The notes beneath the pieces were generated by a model, which ran no database searches, was not told the DNA's origin, and worked only from the letters and a program-made list of their open reading frames with translations. Position numbers and translations under genes: made by a program. 64,000 nt of DNA from Acidobacteriota bacterium. GTDB lineage: Bacteria; Acidobacteriota; Vicinamibacteria; Vicinamibacterales; UBA2999. Positions 48,502 through 58,133 of this stretch are shown piece by piece (the stretch's first letter is position 1; each line of letters starts with the position of its first letter). The stretch spans positions 1,472-65,471 of the forward strand of contig JAKFYH010000028.1 of the NCBI GenBank assembly GCA_021730945.1, read 5' to 3'.

Positions 48502-49289
48502 TGCGCGGCACCCGGGACGGCTGCCATCAGGCGATCCAGGGCCTCCCCAAGCTGCGACAGTGCGGCATCGCGCTGGTCCGCCGAGCCGTAATCGAGCACG
48601 GTGTGCAGTAGCCAGCAACCTCGCACGACCAGGGCAATCGCGGCCGGCGCGTTGGCACGCACAGCGGCCGGCATGGGCTCGAGGTACGGCTCAATCGCGA
48701 GGACCCGATCGCGGATTCGCTCCTCGAGTGCGAATAGCCCAGAGAACTCGGATTGCTCGACCATGGCCCGCACCACCCGCCGATCGTCCGCCAGTGCGGC
48801 AACGATGCCGGCGAGGGTTCCAGGAATCTCGGCCGGCGACGCGCTGGCGAGGCCCAGGACGTCAAGGGTGTAGCCGCTGAACGAGAAGGTCACCTCATCT
48901 CTGGCCGCGGCCGCAGGCGGACGCAGCCGCATGGTGATCACCGCGGGAAGGGTCAGCGTGGGAATGCGCGCCTCGAAATAGCCGTCAGACTCGAGAAGGG
49001 CGAGCGGCGACTCGCGATCGCCGGCGATGACGAGGGCATTGAGGTCACGCAGCTGGTCGATCGGCACCGGCCCGCCCGAGGCATCGACGACAAAGACCCG
49101 GAGCCGGCGCTGCTCCGTCCAGAGCGCCTCGATGTGCAACGTGTCGGACGCGGCCGTAGCGAAGGCGCCGCCATAGCGAGGACCATGCACCGCGTGCGGA
49201 CTAGGCTGTGCCGCGAGGGGTGGGCACAGGCCGAAGGCCGCCCAGACCAGGACCGCCGCCGGTGCGAGCCTCTTCACGGCGAAAATCAT
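48498..49289 (-). CDS. Hypothetical exported protein
   Basis: The likely start is 'MIFAVKRLAPAAVLVWAAFGLCPPLAAQ' at 49289; the track ORF extends spuriously to 49562. I recognise no motif. Confidence 0.45.
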   Translation of the reverse strand: MIFAVKRLAPAAVLVWAAFGLCPPLAAQPSPHAVHGPRYGGAFATAASDTLHIEALWTEQRRLRVFVVDASGGPVPIDQLRDLNALVIAGDRESPLALLESDGYFEARIPTLTLPAVITMRLRPPAAAARDEVTFSFSGYTLDVLGLASASPAEIPGTLAGIVAALADDRRVVRAMVEQSEFSGLFALEERIRDRVLAIEPYLEPMPAAVRANAPAAIALVVRGCWLLHTVLDYGSADQRDAALSQLGEALDRLMAAVPGAAQ

Positions 49290-49373
49290 GTCACGGAAAC
49301 AACCCGGTCCTCGTTCGTCTTGGATGGTAGGATAGGCGGCGCCGTTCGACGTTTCCTTGACCCCGGAGTCCAC

Positions 49374-49769
49374 ATGAAGTCGCTCATTCGTATTGCTGCC
49401 CTCACCATGCTGATGCTGCCCGCGCTGGTTTCGGCGCAGGAGCCCACCAACCCACTCGCGGGTTATTGGGAGGGAGCGATCGACGAGGGCAGTGGCCCGG
49501 TGCCGGTCTTGCTCGAGTTGCGCATCCAGGGCGACGTGGTGACCGGGCCGATTTTCATGCATGGCTTCGAGCGCTATATGCGCCCGGGCACCGTGACCGC
49601 CAATTCCGTGGAGTTCATCACCCCCCGCTTGAACGACGCCGATCGTGACGTGCCGTTGCTGTGGATCGGCCAGCTGACGGCCAACAACGAACTCGTCTTC
49701 TCCGTCGTCGCCGACGACCGCGAAGGCCCCGCGCGCGAGTTCACCCTCACCCGGAAGCAGACGCCTTAG
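49374..49769 (+). CDS. Small hypothetical secreted protein
   Basis: 131 aa starting 'MKSLIRIAALTMLMLPALVSAQE' (signal peptide). The upstream part of the 338-aa track ORF is a shadow ORF. Confidence 0.45.
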   Translation: MKSLIRIAALTMLMLPALVSAQEPTNPLAGYWEGAIDEGSGPVPVLLELRIQGDVVTGPIFMHGFERYMRPGTVTANSVEFITPRLNDADRDVPLLWIGQLTANNELVFSVVADDREGPAREFTLTRKQTP

Positions 49770-49810
49770 CGGTAGCCGCCCGATGCCGCCGTCCGTTAAA
49801 CTGGACGGTC

Positions 49811-51337
<1,527 letters not shown>

Positions 51338-51422
51338 GCCCGAAAACGCATGTCTTTGCCTGTTCGTGGCGGCCAAGGCGCTTTTCACGACAGGCCAAGC
51401 CGGGCTACACTAGGAGCTAATC

Positions 51423-51800
51423 ATGAACACTGACACCCAGACCCTCACCCCGGACATGCCCGTCCTGACCGACCCGATGATCACGGTCACCGAAGCGGCG
51501 GCCGGCAAGATTCGTGAGCTGCTGTCGGAAGAGGGCAAGCTCGAGAGCGGGTTGCGCGTCTTCGTACAGGGCGGCGGCTGCTCGGGCTTCCAGTACGGCT
51601 TGATGATCGAAGAGAGCGGCGGCGTCGGCGACCAGTTGTTCGAGTCCAACGGCGTGCGCCTGTTCGTCGATCCGGTGAGCGTCAGCTACCTGAAGGGCGC
51701 TGAAGTCGACTTTGTCGACACCATCACCGGCGGCGGCTTCACCATCAAGAACCCCAACGCCACGTCGACCTGCGGCTGCGGCTCGTCCTTCACCGCCTAG
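51423..51800 (+). CDS. erpA: Iron-sulfur cluster insertion protein (HesB/IscA/ErpA family)
   Basis: 125 aa with 'GGGCSGFQYG' and the C-terminal 'CGCGSSF'. Confidence 0.85.
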   Translation: MNTDTQTLTPDMPVLTDPMITVTEAAAGKIRELLSEEGKLESGLRVFVQGGGCSGFQYGLMIEESGGVGDQLFESNGVRLFVDPVSVSYLKGAEVDFVDTITGGGFTIKNPNATSTCGCGSSFTA

Positions 51801-51807
51801 AGGATCG

Positions 51808-52818
51808 ATGGCCAGCACCACGGCCATTCCGGATCTCGATCGGCTGAGGCCCGCCGGCACCAAGCGTTCGAGCAAGCGCGACCTGATCGTCAACGCGTTC
51901 CTCAAGCAGGAGGGACACCTGAGCGCCGACGACCTGGTCGTGCTGATCAAGCGTGAAGACGAGCGGATCAGCCGCGCCACGGTCTACCGCACCCTGCAGT
52001 GGATGGAGGAGGCGGGCATTGCCCGCAAGGTGGATTTTGGCGAAGGCCGGTTCCGCTTCGAGCATTCCTACCGGCATCCGCGGCACTTCCACCTGATCTG
52101 CAAGACCTGCAAGCGCTCGTACGAATTCCTCAGCTCCGACATCGAGTCGCTGGTCGAGGAAGTGGCGGCGGCCCGCGCCTTCACCGCCAACCAGAGCGTG
52201 GTTCAAATCTACGGCACCTGCGAGTCGTGCACCACCGGCCGGGCGCCTGAAGAGCCGGCCAACTCCGAGTTGTTGTTCGCGCGCGACGCCCTGCGCATTG
52301 CGATTGCCACCGAGCGCAGCGGCATGGAGTTTTATGGCCGCGGCGTCAAGCTGGTCAAGGACCCGCGGGCGCGCGAGGTCTTCCGCAAGCTGGCCACCGA
52401 GGAAGTGCACCACCTGAAGACGCTGGAGGCGCGCTACGACAACCTGCTGAAACAGGATCCGCTGCTCGAATCGCGGCCGACGTTCCTGTTCTTCAAGGGC
52501 GCGGCCAATGGACTGTTTGCCGCCGGCACCGATCAACTGCGCCGTGATGGGGTCGACGACCTCGAGGCCTATCGCATCGGGATTCGCTGCGAGCGCGGCT
52601 CGCATCGCTTCTTCAAGCGCTACGGCGAGCGCTTCGAGGATTCCGAGGGCAAGCAGGTGTTCCTTGAGTTTGCCGAAGAGGAACGCGAGCACCTGGAGTT
52701 GCTGATCCGCGAGTACCGGGCCCTGGTCAAGCGGCAGCGCGCCTCCGGACACAAACCCCGAGCCACTGAGCGCGCCCGTGGCGGCGCCCGCGGCAAGACC
52801 CGCAGCCGGCACGCCTAG
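51808..52818 (+). CDS. Fur-family DNA-binding domain fused to a rubrerythrin/ferritin-like di-iron four-helix domain
   Basis: The N-half has the winged helix 'ISRATVYRTLQWMEEAGI' and a CxxC...CxxC pair ('CKTCKRS...CESC'). The C-half has E...ExxH twice ('ATERSGMEF', 'TEEVHHL', 'CERGSHRF', 'EEREHLE'). Confidence 0.7.
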   Translation: MASTTAIPDLDRLRPAGTKRSSKRDLIVNAFLKQEGHLSADDLVVLIKREDERISRATVYRTLQWMEEAGIARKVDFGEGRFRFEHSYRHPRHFHLICKTCKRSYEFLSSDIESLVEEVAAARAFTANQSVVQIYGTCESCTTGRAPEEPANSELLFARDALRIAIATERSGMEFYGRGVKLVKDPRAREVFRKLATEEVHHLKTLEARYDNLLKQDPLLESRPTFLFFKGAANGLFAAGTDQLRRDGVDDLEAYRIGIRCERGSHRFFKRYGERFEDSEGKQVFLEFAEEEREHLELLIREYRALVKRQRASGHKPRATERARGGARGKTRSRHA

Positions 52819-52821
52819 CAC

Positions 52822-53703
52822 TTGATCGACCTGCACCTGCACACGACCGCGTCCGACGGCCGCCTGTCGCCAGCCGACCTGGTGGCCAGGGTCGCGGCTG
52901 CCGGAATCACCACCATGAGCGTGACCGATCACGACACCGTGGCCGGCCTGGCCGTGGCCGGCGCGGCGGCGTCGGCAGCCGGGATTCGGCTGGTGCCCGG
53001 CATCGAGATCACGTCGGTCGCCGATCGCCGCGACGTTCACATGCTGGGGTACTTCTTCGACCCCGGCAGCGCGCCGCTGCTGGCGTTTCTGGAGGAGCAA
53101 CGCGCACAACGGGTGGCGCGGGTTCGTGAGATCGGCGCGCGGCTGGTCCGGCTGGGCATGCCCATCGACGTTGATGCGATTGTCGACGCCGGGGCGTCGC
53201 GTCCGGGATCATCGATCGGCCGGCCACAGGTTGCGCGGGCGCTGGTGGCGGCCGGACACGTCGCCTCGGTGCAGGAGGCCTTCGAACGCTGGCTGGCTAC
53301 CGGCCTGCCGGCATTCGTGCCACGCACGGGCTCCAGCCCGGCCGCGGTGGTCGATGTCATCCACGACGCCGGCGGCGTGGCTTCGATGGCCCATCCCGGC
53401 GTGACCAAGCGCGACGACCTGATTCGGCCGCTTGCCGATCACGGCCTCGACGCCATCGAACTGCACCACTCGGACCACTCGCCAGACGACGAGAGGCATT
53501 ACCGCGGGCTGGCGGGCCGGTTGGGGCTGCTCGTGAGCGGCGGCTCGGACTTCCACGGCGACCCTGCGGCTTCACTCATGCCCGCCCCGCCGGCGCCGCC
53601 ATCGTCGCGGGCCCGCCGCAACGCCCTGGGCCTGGTATCGCTGCCAGCGGACGCGTTCGCGGCCCTGGAGGCGCGCGCGGCCGGACGGCCGCGCCCCGCA
53701 TGA
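52822..53703 (+). CDS. PHP-domain phosphoesterase (TrpH/YciV-like)
   Basis: The start is TTG. It has 'IDLHLHTTASDG', 'SVTDHDT', 'AHPG' and 'GGSDFHG'. Confidence 0.75.
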   Translation: MIDLHLHTTASDGRLSPADLVARVAAAGITTMSVTDHDTVAGLAVAGAAASAAGIRLVPGIEITSVADRRDVHMLGYFFDPGSAPLLAFLEEQRAQRVARVREIGARLVRLGMPIDVDAIVDAGASRPGSSIGRPQVARALVAAGHVASVQEAFERWLATGLPAFVPRTGSSPAAVVDVIHDAGGVASMAHPGVTKRDDLIRPLADHGLDAIELHHSDHSPDDERHYRGLAGRLGLLVSGGSDFHGDPAASLMPAPPAPPSSRARRNALGLVSLPADAFAALEARAAGRPRPA

Positions 53704-54410
53704 TCGCGGCGCCGCTGCTCGACGTGCGGGACCTGGTCAAGGACTACCAGGGACTTCGGCCGCTTCGCATCAAGTCGCTGACCCTGTCGCCCGGCGAGGT
53801 CGTGGCCCTGGGCGGGATCGACGCGATTGCCGCCGAGACCCTCGTGCATCTGGTCACCGGCGCCACGCTGCCCGACTCGGGCGAGGTCGCGCTGTTTGGC
53901 CAGAACACCAAGGCCATCACCAACAGCGACGCCTGGCTCGCCTCGCTGGATGGTATCGGGATGATCACCTCGCGCGGGGTTGTGATCGAGATGTTCACGG
54001 TGCTGCAGAACATCGCCATGTCGTTCACGCTCGAGGTCGATCCGATTGATCCGGCCGTGCTGCCGCTGGCGACCGCGCTGGCCCAGCAGGCCGGCCTGGC
54101 TGAAGCCTCGTGGCGCATGCCGGCCGGACACGCCGCGCCGGACGCCCAAATGCGCATTCACCTCGCGCGCGCACTGGCGCTTGGCCCCCGCCTGCTGATT
54201 GCCGAACACCCGTCGGCCAACCTGCCGCGCGAGAGCGTCGCCGCGTTTGGCGCCGACCTGGCCCGCCTCGCGCGCGGCCGCGGGCTCGCCCTGCTGGCTC
54301 TGACGGCCGACCAGGACCTGGCCAAAGCGATCGGCGGACAGCGGCTCGATCTGGTGGCCGCCACCGGCGAACTGAAGCCGCCCGGACTGTTCACGAAATT
54401 GTTTGGTTGA
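53700..54410 (+). CDS. ABC-ATPase-fold protein with degenerate catalytic motifs
   Basis: The fold signature is 'LLDVRDLVKDYQGL...LSPGEVVALGG'. Walker A is replaced by 'GGIDAIAAET', Walker B/Glu by 'LLIAEHP' and the H-loop by 'LTADQD'. The ATG overlaps the PHP stop (ATGA). Confidence 0.55.
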   Translation: MIAAPLLDVRDLVKDYQGLRPLRIKSLTLSPGEVVALGGIDAIAAETLVHLVTGATLPDSGEVALFGQNTKAITNSDAWLASLDGIGMITSRGVVIEMFTVLQNIAMSFTLEVDPIDPAVLPLATALAQQAGLAEASWRMPAGHAAPDAQMRIHLARALALGPRLLIAEHPSANLPRESVAAFGADLARLARGRGLALLALTADQDLAKAIGGQRLDLVAATGELKPPGLFTKLFG

Positions 54411-54422
54411 CCCCGATCCCCG

Positions 54423-55112
54423 ATGCCCCCTTCCCTCATCCTCTTCGACATCGATGGCACGCTGCTCTTGAGCGGCCGTGCCGGCCTGCGCGCCATGACC
54501 CGCGCGTTCACCGCCACTTTCGGGGCCGGCGACGTGTTTGGCACCATGTCATTTGCCGGGCGAACCGACTCCTACCTGGTTTCGCAAGCGCTCAAGGCCG
54601 CCGGGCTGCCCGACACCGCCCAGAACCACGCCCGCTTCCGTGACACCTATCTGCCGCTGTTGGCCGAGGAAATTCAGCAGCCGGGCACCGGCCACAAGGG
54701 ACTGTTGCCCGGAGCACGCGAGCTGGTCGCGGCTTTGCTCGAGCACGATCACATTCACACGGCGCTACTGACCGGCAACTACCGCCAGGCCGCCGAGATC
54801 AAGCTCACGCACTTTGAACTGTGGGACTTCTTCGAGTGGGGCGCCTTCAGTGACGATGCGGCGGATCGCAATGCGCTGGTGCCGATCGCCCGCCAGCGGG
54901 CGGAGATCTACGATGTGCCGGCCGAGGCGCTGGAGCGGGTGATCGTGATTGGCGACACCCCGCACGACATCGAGTGCGCCCGCGCCGGCGGCGCGCGATC
55001 GATCGCCGTGGCCACCGGCGGCTATTCGGTCGAGCAGTTGCGGGCAGCCGGCGCTGATGTCGTGCTGGCGGATTTGTCTGATACCGCCGAGGTCGTCACG
55101 CTGCTGATATGA
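54423..55112 (+). CDS. HAD-superfamily phosphatase (phosphoglycolate phosphatase-like)
   Basis: 'LILFDIDGTLL', 'LLTGN' and 'VIGDTPHDIECA'. Confidence 0.75.
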   Translation: MPPSLILFDIDGTLLLSGRAGLRAMTRAFTATFGAGDVFGTMSFAGRTDSYLVSQALKAAGLPDTAQNHARFRDTYLPLLAEEIQQPGTGHKGLLPGARELVAALLEHDHIHTALLTGNYRQAAEIKLTHFELWDFFEWGAFSDDAADRNALVPIARQRAEIYDVPAEALERVIVIGDTPHDIECARAGGARSIAVATGGYSVEQLRAAGADVVLADLSDTAEVVTLLI

Positions 55113-55148
55113 TTCCTTTGGCGCCACCGCGATCACGCGGACAGGCAC

Positions 55149-55244
55149 GGAAGTGAACGGGGCCCGGTGGCCCTCCCGGTCTTCAAAATCGGTCGCTGCC
55201 TCCTTGCGGGGCAGGCTGGGTTCGACTCCCAGGCGCTTCCGCCA
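55149..55244 (+). tRNA. selC: tRNA-Sec (anticodon UCA)
   Basis: Manual fold: acceptor GGAAGTGA/GCGCTTCC (7 bp plus 1 mismatch); a 6-bp D-stem GGGGCC-CGGT-GGCCCT with a 4-nt loop; an anticodon arm CCGGT-CTTCAAA-ATCGG; a long variable arm; a T-arm CTGGG-TTCGACT-CCCAG; then discriminator G and CCA. This is the same architecture and anticodon loop as E. coli selC. Confidence 0.85.
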
Positions 55245-55268
55245 ATCACGAGGGTTCAAACACGCGGG

Positions 55269-55889
55269 TTAATCCGCCACTCCCAGCCAGTAGGCGATCA
55301 GGCGTTGCGTCTCGAACAAGGTGAAGCGCAAGGTGCCGCGGTCGCGCCACCAGTAGTCGACATCACTGGTGTCGTAGCGGGAGGCGCGGATGATGGCGCG
55401 GGTGTTGGTCGTGGCCAACCGGCCGTGAATCGCCAGGCCGGCCCGCCGGGTGTGCTGCTTCGAGGTCACGACAATGACGCGTGACCACTTTCGGGCGATG
55501 GCCAGCTCACGCAGGATGTTCGCCTCGTCTTTGGTGCTGTCCTGCTCGTCCACGATGTCGATGGCCGCCGCCGGTACGCCGAGTTGCCGCAAGACGTCGA
55601 TCTGAATATCGATCTCGCGCTGAAAGGACACGCCTCGTCGCTGCAACTCCGCCTCGCCATCGTCGCCGAACTGGCGCACCAGCAGCAGCCGGGGCGCCCA
55701 GCCTTCGTTGAACAGATCGACGGCCTCGAGCGGACGCTCGAACATGGTGCCACCGAGGACGAAGATGGCGTCGGCCTTCTCGAGGGGGTTTTCGACCACC
55801 AGCCAGGCGCCGAGGCGCGGCGCGGTCACGGCGGCAATTGCCAGGAACAGTGCGGCCAGCGCCGCGAAGCGAATCAGGTAACGTTTCAA
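55269..55889 (-). CDS. DUF218/YdcF-family (ElyC/SanA-like) protein
   Basis: 206 aa with an N-terminal TM helix, 'ADAIFVLGG' and 'VIVVTSKQHTRRA'. Confidence 0.7.
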   Translation of the reverse strand: MKRYLIRFAALAALFLAIAAVTAPRLGAWLVVENPLEKADAIFVLGGTMFERPLEAVDLFNEGWAPRLLLVRQFGDDGEAELQRRGVSFQREIDIQIDVLRQLGVPAAAIDIVDEQDSTKDEANILRELAIARKWSRVIVVTSKQHTRRAGLAIHGRLATTNTRAIIRASRYDTSDVDYWWRDRGTLRFTLFETQRLIAYWLGVAD

Positions 55890-55931
55890 TCGACGAACTC
55901 CGGCCCCAACCCGCAGGGGCCGGACCTTACT

Positions 55932-56138
55932 CTATCCTTCAACGAGCCGCACGTCTCCGGCCCGAGGTCCTTTTTGGGATTCCTCGATGACGAAGTCGAC
56001 GCGCTGTCCTTCGCGCAGCAGTTCAAACACCGCACCGCGAACCGAACTACGGTGAAAGAAGTGCTCCAGGCCCGATTCGTCGCGAATGAATCCAAAGCCC
56101 TTGTCGATGAGGAGCCGTGCGATTGTTCCGGTCGGCAT
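55932..56138 (-). CDS. cspA: Cold-shock domain protein
   Basis: 68 aa: 'GTIARLLIDKGFGFIRDESG...FFH', which are RNP1/RNP2-like motifs. Confidence 0.8.
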   Translation of the reverse strand: MPTGTIARLLIDKGFGFIRDESGLEHFFHRSSVRGAVFELLREGQRVDFVIEESQKGPRAGDVRLVEG

Positions 56139-56379
56139 AACCTGTCCTCCGATGAACCGAAGTCTGGAAGAAACGCCCTCCAGGCCGCCACACCCACGAT
56201 ACCGGTGGTATCAAAAATGAGGCCGACTAAACTGTGGCCACAGGCAAGGGGGGACGCGTAAAACGCGGCCAGTGTAGGCAGGTCAACAATGGGAAGTCAA
56301 GCATACGTCACAGTTTGTAACGCTGTTTACCCAGCTCAACCTTTCAAGCGGCAGGTTGGCGTTTTTGCACGTGTTTTCA

Positions 56380-57009
56380 ATGATTAAGGCCATCGTACTG
56401 GCGGCCGGCGCCTCGTCTCGGATGGGCCAGGCCAAGGCTGCTTTGCCGCTTGGGACCACGGGGGAAACCGTCCTCGCCCGGGTCGTGCGAACCCTGCTTG
56501 CCGCCGGGCTGCCGTCGGTTGCCGTCGTGGCAGGCGCCCATCTCGATGCTGTCCGCGCTGCAATGCCGGCCCGCGAACCCCGCGCGCACCTGGTCGAGCA
56601 TCCGGGGTGGGCCGAAGGGCAACTGTCGTCGCTGCTGGCCGGCCTCGGCGCGGTGGATAGTCCGCAACTCGAGGCGGTCCTGGTGACGCTGGTTGATGTC
56701 CCGCTCGTCCGGCCCGACTCGGTGGCCGCGATCGTTCAGGCGTGGCGTCAGACGCGGGCTCCGATCGTCCGGCCGGTTGACCTGTCGACTGCGCTCAGCC
56801 CGGGTGGGCAGCGCCATGGGCATCCGGTGGTGTTCGACCGTTCGGTGTTCGACGACCTGCGGCGCGCCGACCGCGCGATTGGCGCCAAGGCTGTGTTCGC
56901 GCTGCACGAAGCGCGGCGTCTCGACGTGCCGATTACGGACGAAGGGGCGTTCAGGGATATCGACACGCCGGCAGACTACCGCGCGATTCAAGACGAGCCC
57001 GGCCGCTAG
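56380..57009 (+). CDS. MobA/MocA-like nucleotidyltransferase
   Basis: 'MIKAIVLAAGASSRMGQAKAALPL' is a GT-A NTP-transferase P-loop. 'LVDVPLV' is also present. Confidence 0.7.
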   Translation: MIKAIVLAAGASSRMGQAKAALPLGTTGETVLARVVRTLLAAGLPSVAVVAGAHLDAVRAAMPAREPRAHLVEHPGWAEGQLSSLLAGLGAVDSPQLEAVLVTLVDVPLVRPDSVAAIVQAWRQTRAPIVRPVDLSTALSPGGQRHGHPVVFDRSVFDDLRRADRAIGAKAVFALHEARRLDVPITDEGAFRDIDTPADYRAIQDEPGR

Positions 57010-57026
57010 GCCGGCAGGGCTGCCGC

Positions 57027-58133
57027 TTACTGGCACACGGGCTGTATGCCCTGCCCCCGGATCTGCATGAACACCTTGGTGGTGGCGTCGCCGTGGCTGC
57101 AGCCGTTCAGGCGGTAGCGCAGGTACTCCAGCACCCAGACGACGGCGCCTTCGTTGTTGACGTAGGTCGAGCCGGCAGCGCGGCCCAGGCTGTCGCGGTA
57201 CTTCGCCTGCAGCGCATTCATGAAGTCGAGGCCCTCGTTGCGCGGCGGAAAGGGGATGGTGCCTGACGGCGTGGCGGCGCACACCAGGGTTCCACCCGTG
57301 CCGCTCACTTGATCGAGGGTACGCTGCGAGGCGGTGGAGTGATCGCACTGGCCGACGCGTTGGCGGGCGTACTCGGTCAGCCAGATCACGGTTCCCTCAG
57401 GATCGACGTAGGTCAGCGACTGTCCGGCTCGGAGTTCGTTCTGGTAGATCCCGATCAACTGCGTGTAGAAGTCGTTCGGCTCGTTGCGCGGCGGGAAGGA
57501 GACGGTGCCCGACACGCCGCTGCCGTAAAGCGCCTGCGCGCCGGCGATGTCGTCGCTGACCAGATTATCCACGTTGCTGATTGTCGAGTTCATGATCGCC
57601 GTCACGCTTTGGCCATTCTCGTCTGGGTGGTCAAGGCCGAGCGCATGCCCAAGTTCGTGTATAGCGACACGTCGGAAATCCCGCAGGTCGGATCGGAGGC
57701 TTCCGCGATAGGAATTCCACGAATACTCGGTGTTGAAGACGACGTCGGCCTCGGTCATGCGCGACCCGCGGTACCAATAAAGCGTCGTAGCCAGCGTTCG
57801 TGAGCCAAAGTCCTCGCCGAACAATGTGCTGTCGAAGAACACGCTGTTTACGGAGTCGCCACTGACTTTGGCCACCGTCGAGTCGCGCACCACCGTGAAA
57901 CGGGAATTGTTGAGGTAAGCATTCCAAATTGCCATCGCACTTTCGCCCACCGATCCCCAACTGGGCGCGCCATCGATCAGTGTGCCCGAAGGGCCGAGTT
58001 GCAGATGCATGACGATGGAGCCATTGGCCCACTTGGGGCCCTCCAGCGCGTAGCTGCGCGTCGGCGTCGAGGTTGACAGCGCGATTGTCGCGATCACTGT
58101 CGCACCGAGCGCTAGCCTCGCCAGGCGCGTCAT
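57027..58133 (-). CDS. Secreted M10 (matrixin-like) zinc metalloprotease with two C-terminal ~75-aa repeats
   Basis: It has a signal peptide and the zincin motif 'HELGHALGLDHPD'. The C-terminal repeats are 'G.(V/I).FPPRNE...EG.V(I/V)W(L/V).EY.R.R..GC.H'. Confidence 0.7.
   Translation of the reverse strand: MTRLARLALGATVIATIALSTSTPTRSYALEGPKWANGSIVMHLQLGPSGTLIDGAPSWGSVGESAMAIWNAYLNNSRFTVVRDSTVAKVSGDSVNSVFFDSTLFGEDFGSRTLATTLYWYRGSRMTEADVVFNTEYSWNSYRGSLRSDLRDFRRVAIHELGHALGLDHPDENGQSVTAIMNSTISNVDNLVSDDIAGAQALYGSGVSGTVSFPPRNEPNDFYTQLIGIYQNELRAGQSLTYVDPEGTVIWLTEYARQRVGQCDHSTASQRTLDQVSGTGGTLVCAATPSGTIPFPPRNEGLDFMNALQAKYRDSLGRAAGSTYVNNEGAVVWVLEYLRYRLNGCSHGDATTKVFMQIRGQGIQPVCQ

Noticed and set aside
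48753-49373. The upstream 207 codons of the 338-aa plus-strand ORF.
   Set aside because: This part is antisense to the 264-aa exported-protein gene and is compositionally a shadow frame. A clean signal peptide begins at the internal ATG at 49374.
51423-51800. The HesB/ErpA gene considered as a possible selenoprotein, since HesB-like selenoproteins exist and selC is nearby.
   Set aside because: The ORF is uninterrupted with ordinary Cys codons at the conserved positions ('GGGCSG', 'CGCGSSF') and has no in-frame TGA.
55149-57009. A genomic island integrated at selC.
   Set aside because: No integrase or recombinase gene is present. I found no direct repeat of the tRNA 3' end downstream. The downstream genes (DUF218, csp, MocA-like) have native-looking composition.
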